Below are positions 42,701-52,039 of a stretch of DNA of 64,000 bases, in pieces (positions within the stretch are counted from its first letter, which is position 1; each line of letters opens with the position of its first letter). Origin of the DNA: an uncultured Planctomycetaceae bacterium (GTDB lineage Bacteria > Planctomycetota > Planctomycetia > Isosphaerales > Isosphaeraceae); contig CAWIAD010000002.1 in assembly GCA_963833985.1 (NCBI GenBank), positions 1,856,001 to 1,920,000 of the forward strand, read 5' to 3'. A program made the translations under genes and the position numbers. The notes beneath the pieces were generated by a model. That model searched no databases. It saw only the letters and a program-made list of their open reading frames with translations, and was not told the DNA's origin.

Positions 42701-43681
42701 GTGCTGATCCACCCATTATTCCTGTGCGGGCTGTTGCTTCTGGATCCCTCCCCGCGCCGGATCGTCGAGTACCGGACATCGCCCCAGGAATCATCGGTTC
42801 CGGAGCTCTTCCGGCTCAAGGACCAGGCATTCTGGTACGAACTCGAGCCGGCCATGTCGACACCGACGTACAAGGTGTCGCTGCTGCGTTTTCCGTCGCC
42901 CATCACCACGCCGGATGCCGAGAATAACGTCGTCCACGCCGAGTTCTTCGAGCCAATCGGCTTTCCCGGCCGCCGGCCCGCCGTTGTCGTGCTGCATATT
43001 CTGGGTTCTGATTTTCCGCTGTCACGGTACATGGCCGCCAGGCTGGCCGATCGCGGGGTCGCGGCACTTTTCCTGAAGCTGCCGTACTACGGCGAGCGCA
43101 GGCCGAAGGGAGGCCCCGCTCCCGTACCGCGCAAGTTCCTCACGGCCGATATCGAGCGCACGGTGACTGCCATGCGGCAGGGCGTCTGCGACGTGCGCCG
43201 CGCCCTGGGGTGGCTGGCGGTACGTCCCGACCTGGATCCCACGCGCCTGGGAGTGACCGGAATCAGCCTGGGCGGGATTGTCTCGTCAATCGTCGCGGCC
43301 GTGGATCCCGCGGTCACGTCCGGCGTTTTTCTGCTGGCCGGCGGCGACCTCTCTCGCATCCTCTGGGGCATGCCCGAGACGGCCAGGTTCCGCGACGCCT
43401 GGCAGGCGGCCGGCAAGACGGTGTCCGACCTGAAGGTCCTGACAGACCCGTTCGACCCGCTCACTTACGCCCACCGGCTGGCGGGCAAGCACCTGTTGAT
43501 GATCGCCGGCAAGGTGGACGAGGTGATCCCTCCCGCATCGGTCCAGGCGCTCTGGAACGCCGCCGGCCGTCCACCGATCGACTGGTACGACTGCGGCCAC
43601 TATTCGGCGGCTGGCTACCTGCTGCCCGGCATTCGCCGCACCGTCGATTTCCTGTCCGCACCACCCGAGCCGACGCGCTGA
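42701..43681 (+). CDS. Alpha/beta hydrolase
   Basis: LPYYGERR, nucleophile elbow GISLGG, DEVIP, CGHY. Confidence 0.85.
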   Translation: MLIHPLFLCGLLLLDPSPRRIVEYRTSPQESSVPELFRLKDQAFWYELEPAMSTPTYKVSLLRFPSPITTPDAENNVVHAEFFEPIGFPGRRPAVVVLHILGSDFPLSRYMAARLADRGVAALFLKLPYYGERRPKGGPAPVPRKFLTADIERTVTAMRQGVCDVRRALGWLAVRPDLDPTRLGVTGISLGGIVSSIVAAVDPAVTSGVFLLAGGDLSRILWGMPETARFRDAWQAAGKTVSDLKVLTDPFDPLTYAHRLAGKHLLMIAGKVDEVIPPASVQALWNAAGRPPIDWYDCGHYSAAGYLLPGIRRTVDFLSAPPEPTR

Positions 43682-43710
43682 CATTGTGGGCTACAGATCC
43701 TCCGACAACT

Positions 43711-43742
43711 GTAGGGTGTGTCAAGCGCAGTGACGACGCACC
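43711..43742 (+). repeat. GTAG-type REP-like element
   Basis: GTAGGGTGTGTCAAGCGCAGTGACGACGCACC: GGTGTGTC...GACGCACC stem, same architecture as the site at 37850. Confidence 0.6.
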
Positions 43743-43929
43743 GAGCCAGCGACAGCGGGTATGGCCTACCCAGCTCTGCTGGCTCGGTGATGATCAGAAA
43801 AACCGGTCCATGCCACAGGATTCACTTGACCGGCGCCGACCCCGGATTTAGCTTCAGCGCTTGTCCCGATGACGCATCTCCTGATCTGGTCTCTGTGACT
43901 CGTCCCCTCGCGGCTCAACATTCAGTGAT

Positions 43930-44160
43930 CACGAGGACCGACAACGACGAGAACGACTTGAGCTTCGGCGGCGGCTACACGTTCGCCTGTGATAACGAGA
44001 GCAACACGATCGGCGAGCTCCAGCTCTCGAGGGGCGACGAATGGAGGTTCGGCTCCGACGTCCGCAACCGCAAGCCTATAAAGAGCAGTCGGGAAGAGCT
44101 TGGGAGGCACGAAGCTGGAGCGGGAGAACTCGAATTTGGGTGCGACGGGACGCCCTTACG
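43930..44160 (+). pseudogene. Degraded RHS/YD-repeat fragment
   Basis: ENDLSFGGGYTFACDNESNT...GDEWRFGSDVRNR, then in a shifted frame AVGKSLGGTKLERENSNLGATGR; resembles decayed YTYTYD-xGN / WTYxYDxRNR / YxYDALGRR units. Confidence 0.5.
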
Positions 44161-44343
44161 GCTCCGACGTCTGAAGCGCCCGGACCGCAGGCTGGCTGGC
44201 CTGGAAGATGGTCTCCGACCGCGGGGACGGCAACTCCGAGCCAGGCATCGTCGTCGGAGAACAGTAATGTCTCCTGGTTCCCGATTGAGTAGTTGCCGGC
44301 TTGGTCTACTTGGCACGAGCCGTCTTTCGAGGGAATGACAACC

Positions 44344-44997
44344 ATGAACCCACGAATTCACCGAGTTGAAGAGCGAGACATGGCTGAGCGCTTAGGCCTT
44401 CTCGAGTGCCGGTGCAGGACCTACAGGCTGATTTCATTTGGCTCGCTGGTGGCGTCCCTTCTGCTTTTTGTGATGGGCGCGATCAAGCCTACGACATTCG
44501 ACCGAATCGAGGCCCAGGACATTCTCTTTCGGGATGCGAGCGGGCAAGTTGTGATGGACATTGGTATCGAGCGCAGCAGCAACCGGCCGATGATCCACGT
44601 CCTCAGTAAGGATGGGATGACAACGAACACGCTCACGAGCGAGGGTGTCTACTTATACTCGGGGGTCGGGGATCACAAGGGTAGATTCAAACCCCGCGCT
44701 GAGTATAGGGTGGGGCCGAACGGCCAAGCCGGTCTCACTCTGCGAGACACACGGGGGACAGATAGAGTGGAGATTGGCGTAGAGGAGGCCAAGTCGGCGG
44801 TTATCAAGCTGCTCGACGTGAGCGAGACATGTCGCCTGCACCTTAACGTCCAGGAGGGGGGTATCCCACGACTGTCGCTGTGTGATGGTGGCCAGACGGA
44901 ACGGGCCGTTCTGACTAGCGATGAGAATGGTCGCGCCTCTCTGGGATTTAAGAGCAGCGCGGGCGCCCCAGTGAGCAGGACAGGAGAGACGAAGTAG
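44344..44997 (+). CDS. Hypothetical membrane-anchored beta-repeat protein
   Basis: Single N-terminal TM; IEAQDILFRDASGQ and repeated LxLxDxxGxxR units; visibly lower GC than the flanking genes. Confidence 0.6.
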   Translation: MNPRIHRVEERDMAERLGLLECRCRTYRLISFGSLVASLLLFVMGAIKPTTFDRIEAQDILFRDASGQVVMDIGIERSSNRPMIHVLSKDGMTTNTLTSEGVYLYSGVGDHKGRFKPRAEYRVGPNGQAGLTLRDTRGTDRVEIGVEEAKSAVIKLLDVSETCRLHLNVQEGGIPRLSLCDGGQTERAVLTSDENGRASLGFKSSAGAPVSRTGETK

Positions 44998-45008
44998 GAC
45001 GAAGTTTG

Positions 45009-45079
45009 AAGGGGACATTCTTCTGAAAGGCGACAAGGTGTCAGGGCCCGCAAAAGGGGCCCGCAAAGGGGACATTGCT
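45009..45079 (+). repeat. Cluster of AAGGGGACATT and AAGGTGTCAGG repeat half-sites plus a tandem GGGCCCGCAAA(A)GG duplication
   Basis: aaggggacattcttct (45009), aaggtgtcagg (45035), aaaggggacattgct (45065). Confidence 0.6.
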
Positions 45080-46559
45080 GAATGCCGCGAAGTTAATTTT
45101 AACTAATTGTGCCATTTGATCTTGCGCCATGGGTGAGGCTCCGGGCATCCTGTGGGAAGTACCAGGACCCACAGTTGCTGGAGGGAGCCCCACCCATGCC
45201 GCCTCGCATCATCCCTATTCTCGATCGACTGCGCCAAGATATCGCCGCGGGATTGTCCCGGGAGACGATCGAAGAAGCCTGCCGCCAGGCGAAACACCGC
45301 TGGCGGAATCGCGTTCTCGACCCCGCGACGACCATTTATCTGTTCCTTCTCCAGGTCCTTCATGGCAACACGGCCTGTCGCCACGTGGTGCACTTCGGCG
45401 CTTGGACCTTCACCGACAGCGCCTACTGCATGGCGCGAAAGCGGCTTCCGCTGGCCGTCTTCGACTGGCTCGTGGAGCGGACCGCTGCCGCCGTGCGGAC
45501 TGCTTCGGATGGCGCGCGGTGGCTCGGGCACCGAATCTGGGTCGTCGACAGCTCCAGCTTCTCCATGCCGGACCAACCAGAACTGCAACGTCACTTCGGC
45601 CAACCCAGCGGTCAACGCAAGGGCTGTGGCTTCCCGGTGGCGAAATGGCTGGCCCTCTTCGATGTCGCCACGGGCATGCTGCTGCGTTCGAGGACGGCCC
45701 CTTTGCGGACCCACGACATGTCCCAGGTCGGCCCGATCTCCGACGGCCTGGAGCCGGGAGACATCGTGCTCGGTGACCGCGGATTTTGCTCGTATGCTCA
45801 TCTGGCAATGTTACTGCAACGCGGTCTGCATGCGGTTTTCCGCGTGCACCAGCAGCAGATCGTCGATTTCACGCCGGGTCGTCCGATGGCCAGGAGGAAG
45901 GGTCCGTACCCCAGGCCGCAGGGTCTGCCGAGTTCGCGGTGGGTGTTGGCGCAGGGAACCGCAGATCAGATTGTCACATGGTTTAAATCGAAATCCCATC
46001 CGAAGTGGATGTCGGCGGATGAGTTCGAGGTGCTGCCCTCCGAGATCACCGTGCACGGGCTGAGGTACCGGGTCGAGACACCCGGGTATCGGGTGCGCGA
46101 AATCACGCTGGTCACGACTCTGTTAGACGCATCGACCTACCCGGCGACAGAGCTGGCCGAACTCTACTACAAGAGGTGGAGAGTCGAACTCAATTTTCGT
46201 CATATAAAGATTAGCATGAAGATGGATGTTCTGCGTTGCGAGACAGTCGAAGGGGTTCTCAAAGAGCTGGCGATTTTCAGCCTGGCGTATAACCTGGTAA
46301 GATCGGTCATGCTGGAGTCGGCACGCATGCGCGGCGTTGATCCAGATCGGATCGGCTTGATCGACGCGGTGCGCTGGCTGATCGGGTCCGAAGGGGGTTC
46401 TGAGCCCGCGCGGATCGTCATCAACCCATTGCGCCGCGGACGCGTCGAGCCCCGAGTCGTAAAGCGACGACCAAAACAATACATGCGGATGACTAGGCCC
46501 AGATCCGAACTCCGCAAACAGTTGCCAATGAAGCACTTCTGACTAACTTTGTGGCATTC
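45080..46559 (+). mobile_element. IS4-family insertion sequence flanked by inverted rather than direct repeats
   Basis: Ends GAATGCCGCGAAGTTA / TAACTTTGTGGCATTC; symmetry extends to 45065-45095 / 46544-46574 (31 bp, 3 mismatches); exact ends uncertain. Confidence 0.82.
45196..46542 (+). CDS. IS4-family DDE transposase
   Basis: VVDSSSFSMPD, GDRGFCSY, YYKRWRVELNFRHIK, GRVEPRVVKRRPK. Confidence 0.93.
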   Translation: MPPRIIPILDRLRQDIAAGLSRETIEEACRQAKHRWRNRVLDPATTIYLFLLQVLHGNTACRHVVHFGAWTFTDSAYCMARKRLPLAVFDWLVERTAAAVRTASDGARWLGHRIWVVDSSSFSMPDQPELQRHFGQPSGQRKGCGFPVAKWLALFDVATGMLLRSRTAPLRTHDMSQVGPISDGLEPGDIVLGDRGFCSYAHLAMLLQRGLHAVFRVHQQQIVDFTPGRPMARRKGPYPRPQGLPSSRWVLAQGTADQIVTWFKSKSHPKWMSADEFEVLPSEITVHGLRYRVETPGYRVREITLVTTLLDASTYPATELAELYYKRWRVELNFRHIKISMKMDVLRCETVEGVLKELAIFSLAYNLVRSVMLESARMRGVDPDRIGLIDAVRWLIGSEGGSEPARIVINPLRRGRVEPRVVKRRPKQYMRMTRPRSELRKQLPMKHF

Positions 46560-46641
46560 AGCAACGTCCCCTTTGGGCTCCCCCTTTGGGCTCCCTGCCG
46601 GAGAAAAGCAACGTCCCCTTTGGGCTCCTCCTTTGGGCTCC
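46560..46641 (+). repeat. Direct duplication (period 47) of AGCAACGTCCCCTTTGGGCTCC(Y)CCTTTGGGCTCC
   Basis: Copies at 46560 and 46607, each with an internal CCTTTGGGCTCC x2. Confidence 0.8.
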
Positions 46642-46741
46642 TGTCAGGAACATAAGACAAGCCGAATGAGCGGCCATCGTGAGCCGAATCGATTCCCGAC
46701 GGATCCGCTCTCGCCGCAGCAATGAGAGGTCCAGGGAAAGG

Positions 46742-47176
46742 ATGGCAAATCTCCTGGTCGCCGAATGCGGGGAGATTCACAAGAGACTGTTGAGCCATTT
46801 TTTGGCTCGTGCCGGGCAGACGGTCTCAACTGCATCAAGCGATGAAGAAGCAACGGCGAAACTTCGAGAGAACTGCTTCGACCTGATCACCATCAACCCC
46901 ATGCGCTCCGATCGCAATGGCCTCGAGCTTTGCAAGACTGTGAGATCGAGCAGCCTGACTGACTCGATCCCTGTCATTTTCCTGAAATCCCTATCCGATG
47001 ATAAGTCGCGTGAAAGGGAATTCAGGTCCGGGTGCAATGCTTTGATCACCATGCCTTATGAAATGGCGAGCTTACTCGAGGCGATCGAGGTAGCACTTCA
47101 GGGGACGATCACGAGAGAGTGCAGTGATCCGAGTGGAGGCGATAAGGTGCCCGGAACCGATAGCCACGACATATGA
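46742..47176 (+). CDS. Stand-alone receiver (REC) domain protein with degenerate active site, or decaying pseudogene
   Basis: Fold motifs LLVAE, FDLITIN, NGLELC, IPVIFL, ITMPY; phospho-Asp appears as N and conserved Lys as M. Confidence 0.6.
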   Translation: MANLLVAECGEIHKRLLSHFLARAGQTVSTASSDEEATAKLRENCFDLITINPMRSDRNGLELCKTVRSSSLTDSIPVIFLKSLSDDKSREREFRSGCNALITMPYEMASLLEAIEVALQGTITRECSDPSGGDKVPGTDSHDI

Positions 47177-47213
47177 ATTATAACGTGTCAGTTTAACGGA
47201 TCCTGACACCTTT
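47143..47213. repeat. Inverted pair AAGGTG(Y)C(M)GGAACCG...CGGATCCTGACACCTTT (TGAC-type REP-like doublet)
   Basis: aaggtgcccggaaccg at ~47143 and cggatcctgacaccttt at ~47197, with an AT-rich spacer. Confidence 0.5.
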
Positions 47214-47424
47214 GTTCTTCCTCTGCGCTCAAGGACGCATCCGGCCACCGGTGCAAGCTCATGGCCAGGGCACGGCCGTGAACCTCTCGCCCCATCGACT
47301 TTCTTTTGCCATCTCGGGTCGATTATCATCACACAACCCCCTGACTGGCATGTCCTGAAACAGCGCCGGGCCGGCCGTCGCTGCACATCGCCACGCACGC
47401 CGTCGGGGGCCGGGAGCCGAGCCG

Positions 47425-50400
47425 ATGCCACGACGCGACGACGCCCCCCGCGACCTGCTCCTCGGGCTGCTGGCGATCCGGCACGGGATGATCAGCCGTG
47501 CCCAGTTCGCCGCCACGTTCGCCGCCTGGGCCGGGGCCGACGATGAGGGCCGCACGATGGCCGACCTGCTCGTCGAGCAAGGGGCGTTCGACCCGACCCG
47601 CCGCGCCTCGCTCGACGACCTGGCCGCCACGCTTCTCGCCTCCCACGACGGCGATCCCGCGGAGGCGCTCGCCGCGCTTGGCCTCCGCCCCGCCCTCGCG
47701 GGTGAGGCGACTCAGATCGAGAGTACCGGGGCGACCGCAGCGCATCTGTTATCGTCCGGCACGCAGCTCTTATCCGCCAGGGCCGGGACGGACCAGGGCC
47801 CAAAACCCGCCGGCGACACCACGACGGCCGGCGCCGCCAGGCCCACGACGCCCACGCGCGAGTCGGAGCTCTCCGTCACCCAGGGCGCGGCGCCCTCCGA
47901 CGGCGACGGGTTGGCCTGCGGAGCGGCCGTCCGCTACTTCGGTGATTACGAGATCCGCCGCGAGCTGGGGCGGGGCGGGATGGGGGTCGTTTATGAGGCC
48001 CGGCAGGTCAGCCTGAACCGGCCGGTGGCCCTCAAGATGGTCAGGGCCGGGCTGCTTGCCGGCGGCGAGGAGCTGCGCCGCTTCCGCAACGAGGCCGAGT
48101 CGGTCGCGCTGCTCGACCACCCTGGCATCGTCCCGGTGTACGAGGTCGGCGAGCACGAGGGCCAGCACTTCTTTAGCATGAAGCTGGTCCCCGGCGGCAG
48201 CCTCGTGCCGCTCCTGGCCCAGTACAGGGACGACCCCCGGGCCGCCGCGCGGCTCGTGGCCGAGGCGGCCGAGGCCGTGGCCCATGCCCACGCGCGCGGC
48301 ATCCTGCACCGCGATCTGAAGCCGGCGAACGTCCTGGTCGACGATTCGGGCCGCCCGCACGTCACCGACTTTGGCCTCGCCAAGAAGGTCGAGGCCGATG
48401 TCGAGTTCACCGCCAGCGGCGCCATTCTCGGCACCCCGGCGTACATGGCGCCCGAGCAGGCGACCGGCCGGCGTGGGGCCGTCACCACGGTCACCGACGT
48501 CTACGGGCTGGGCTCGGTCCTCTACGCCCTCATGACCGGCAAGGCGCCATTCGGCGGCGACAGCGTCGTCGAGACGCTGCAGGCGGTAAAGGAGCAGCCG
48601 CCCGAGCCGCCCCAGCGGTCCAACCCGAAGGCACCGCGCGACCTGGAGACGATCTGCCTGAAGTGCCTGGAGAAGGACACGCGCCGGCGGTACCCGACGG
48701 CCCAGGCGCTGGCCGACGACCTGAACCGCTGGCTCGACGGCCGGCCGATCGCCGCCCGGCCCGTCGGCGCGGCGGAGCGGGCCTGGCTCTGGTGCAAGCG
48801 CAAGCCCGCCGTCGCGGCGCTGGCCGCGTCGGTGGTGCTGGCGGTCGTCGGCGGCACGGCCGCGACAATCGCGGTGCAGGCCGCCGCCAACCAACGGCTC
48901 GACCGCAAGAACGTCGAGCTGACCGCCGCCTACGCCGACCTCTCCGCCGAGAAGCTGCGCGTCCAGCAGCGGTTCGAGCTGGCCCAGGACGCGATCCGGA
49001 CGTATTACACGGGCGTCAGCGAGGACGTCCTGCTCAAGGAGCCCACCCTGAAGGACCTCCGCACCCGGCTCCTGAAGGGGGCGCGCGACTTCTACCGGAA
49101 GCTGGAAGCGCTGCTGGAGGTCCGGCCCGACCGCACGTCGCGGCTCGCCCTGGCGCGGGCCCTGGGCGACCTCACCGAGATCACCTACGCGATCGACCAG
49201 GCCGAGCCGGCCGTGGCGCTGAACCGCCGCTCTCTGGCCCTGTTCGACGCCCTGGCCCGGGAGACCCCCGACGACGGCCTCGTCCGCCGCGAGCGGGCCA
49301 GGGCCGCGTTACGGCTCGCCGGCCTGGTGAGCATGGGGTCCGGCGGCCTGGCCGAAGCCGTCCGCCTCTACGACGACGCACACCAGGCGCTCGAGGCTCA
49401 GCTCCGGGTCGACCCTTCCGACGCCGAGGCGAGGCAACTGCTGGCGACCGTGGAGGACTTTTTGGCGCCCTGCTCTCCCGGAAGGTGCCCGGCCGACAGG
49501 CGGAGGCGGTGCGGTACGCCGAGCACGCCGTCCGGTTGCAGGAGCAGCTCGTCCGCGAGAAGCCCGGCGACATCGCCCGCCAGGTCGCCCTGGTCCGGTT
49601 CACCGGCGGGTGGGCGGGCATGCTCGGGCGGCTCGGGCGGATCGACGACGCGGCGGCGCTGTACGCGAAGGCGTGCGCGTCGGCCGAGGCGCTGGCGAGG
49701 CTCGACCCGACGACCGAGTCGACCGGGCAGTGGGTCGTCCGCGTCTTCGGCAACGCGGCGGTCGCCCACCAGCCGCTCCGTCGTTTCGAGGACGCGGCGC
49801 GGCTGTCGGGCCGGGCGCACGAATTCACTCTCTCTTACGCCAGGGCGAACCCCAACTCCCTGAGCTGCCGCCGCAACCGGGCCTGGATCGAGGCCCTGCA
49901 CGCCCTGCACCTGTTCTTCCTGGGGCGCGACGCCGAGGCGCTGCGGTTCGTCGGGTCCGCCCGGGAGGCCCGGCTGGCGCTGCTCCGCGACAACCCCGGC
50001 GACCGTGTGCACCTGGAGCGGCTGATCGAGCTGGACCAGTACGAATGGGGGATCCGCGCCGCGCCGGCCTCCCCGACGAGGCCGGCGCCGCGCGGCGCCG
50101 GGCGTTCGAGCGGTTCTCCGAGCTGCGCCACGCGAACCCGGGCGACCCCGACATCCCCGCCAGGTTCGCGGGCATGCAGAACGCCCTGGCGAACGTGCTC
50201 CGGGAGTCGGGCCACCTGGAGGAGGCCCGGAAGCGGCTCCGCGACTCGGTCGCAATCCTCGAGCGCCTCGTCCAGGACTTCCCGGCCGTGCCCTCCTACC
50301 GCGACAACCTGGCGTGGACCTTCAGCCAGCTCGCCTCGGTCGCCCGCGACCAGGGCGGCGGCCGAGAGGCGGTTCGCCTGGCCCGGCGCTCCGTGCAGCT

Positions 50401-50671
50401 TTACGAAGGGCTGCCGGACGCGCTCGAGTGGGTCTGGTTCGGGAGGGCCCGCGCCCACGCCCTGCTGGCCGAGCTCGACCCGGCCGCCTCGCCCGGGGAG
50501 ACCGGCCTGGCCCTCGACGCCCTCCGCCGCGCTGCGGCGAACGCACCCTCCACACTGCTCTCCGAGCTGCACATGGACTCCGGCTTCCGCAGCCTGCGCG
50601 ACCACCCGGAGTTCCGGCTCGTCCTGATGGACCTGGCCATGCCGGCCAATCCGTTCGCAGCGGAACGATGA
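47425..50671 (+). CDS. Hanks-type Ser/Thr protein kinase with TM and TPR-like C-terminus; frameshifts near 49460 and 50060
   Basis: LGRGGMGVVY, VALK, HRDLKPAN, DFGLAK, GTPAYMAPEQ, DVYGLG; ends DLAMPANPFA. Confidence 0.9.
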
Positions 50672-50715
50672 CTTGCCCGATACGAGAGTGATCGCGAGCG
50701 CGCGTGCATCCTGGA

Positions 50716-50807
50716 AGGGCGATCAGGTGTCAGGTGAAGGCGATCAGATGTCGGGAACTGATATATCTCATGTATAAACATGATTAGTTTATCGGTTTCT
50801 GACACCT
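50716..50807. repeat. Second AGGTGTCAGG...TCTGACACCT inverted pair with an internal GGCGATCAGRTGTC duplication and AT-rich spacer
   Basis: ggcgatcaggtgtcagg / ggcgatcagatgtcggg; tcggtttctgacacct at ~50792. Confidence 0.5.
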
Positions 50808-50872
50808 GTGTCCCCCTCGCCCACGATGCGATGGGTTGACGGCGAGATCGGCTGGTGGCTCACACAAGCTCT

Positions 50873-51982
50873 TCAGAAGCCGACGACAGGATCTCCGGAG
50901 GCCTTGCGACTTGAGGGCATATCGGCGCGGGGCCGCTCGGACTGGGATTGCCGCGTGGGGCCTGAGCCGGCGGCGGGATGAGCGCGGTCCGGGCGGCTGG
51001 AACGCGTGCCGGGCGATGCCGCCAGGAGCGCCGGGGGTGCCGGCTGAGTGGCCATCGCAATGGCGTCGATCGTCTCGGCACCAAGGCGGTCGAGCGCTCC
51101 GCTGAGCCGCTCGATCCGGATGGCCAGCGAGTCATAGGCCACCAGCGCGAGGATCGCAGTGGTGAGGCCGGTGATCACGGGCGTGAGGGCACTGGCCAGG
51201 ATGGGGGCCAGAATCACCGCGCTCGGTCCGCCGCCTCTGCTCCCGGAGCTGGCAGCCAGCCCGTGAGCGATGGCGAGCAGCGTCCCTACCGCGCCGAGCA
51301 GCGGTGCCAGCCGGGCGATCCGCCGCAGCGTTCCCACGTTCCGCCGCAACAGCTCGGCTTCCGTGCGATGCGTGAGCGCGACCGCCCGCTCCAGATCGAC
51401 GGCCGGCCGGCCCCAGCGCCTGACCGCGGCCAGGGCGACGCGGGCCGCCGGGCTCGGGTTCATCTCGCAGTAGTCGAGCGCCTTGCCGCCGTCGAGCTTG
51501 CCCTCGTACAAGCGATCGAGGAACCGAGGAGTGAAATCGGCAGGGACGATCTTCCGCGGCCGGAGCTTCAGGGTCCGCTCGCCGAGCACGCTCAGGCCCA
51601 GGAAAGCGCAGGCGAGCAGTCCGCCCCACGACATTCGCTCCGTGGCCGGCGTCTCGCGGTACCACTTCAGCGCCGAGCTGGCCAGCCGCGCGGCCCACAT
51701 CTCCACGGCCCGGAGGTCCGCATTCGAAGCCGCCGGAGGCTGTGCCGCGTCCTGCGTTCCCCGGGCCATGGGTGCAGGCTCCTGGTCCGCGGGCGACGGC
51801 GCAGCGGGCGGAATCGGCGGCGTGTCGTTCCGCGCAGGGGGCTGGATCAGCGGTGTGTCGTTCCGCACATCGGGTTCCTGCCCCAGCAGCGGGATTGCGG
51901 GCAGCAAGATGAGGATGATCGCCGGGAGCCACCGGGCCAGTCCTCGGACCGGCGTAGGACCTGCGTTCGAGTCTCGTCGCAT
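50873..51982 (-). CDS. MotA/TolQ/ExbB proton channel family protein
   Basis: CEMNPSPAARV, LRRNVGTLRRIARLAPLLGAVGT, ASALTPVITGL. Confidence 0.8.
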   Translation of the reverse strand: MRRDSNAGPTPVRGLARWLPAIILILLPAIPLLGQEPDVRNDTPLIQPPARNDTPPIPPAAPSPADQEPAPMARGTQDAAQPPAASNADLRAVEMWAARLASSALKWYRETPATERMSWGGLLACAFLGLSVLGERTLKLRPRKIVPADFTPRFLDRLYEGKLDGGKALDYCEMNPSPAARVALAAVRRWGRPAVDLERAVALTHRTEAELLRRNVGTLRRIARLAPLLGAVGTLLAIAHGLAASSGSRGGGPSAVILAPILASALTPVITGLTTAILALVAYDSLAIRIERLSGALDRLGAETIDAIAMATQPAPPALLAASPGTRSSRPDRAHPAAGSGPTRQSQSERPRADMPSSRKASGDPVVGF

Positions 51983-52039
51983 CGGCGGGATCCCTCCCAG
52001 AAAAGGACGCTTGCTTGCCGTGAGTTCTGTTCGCGAACC

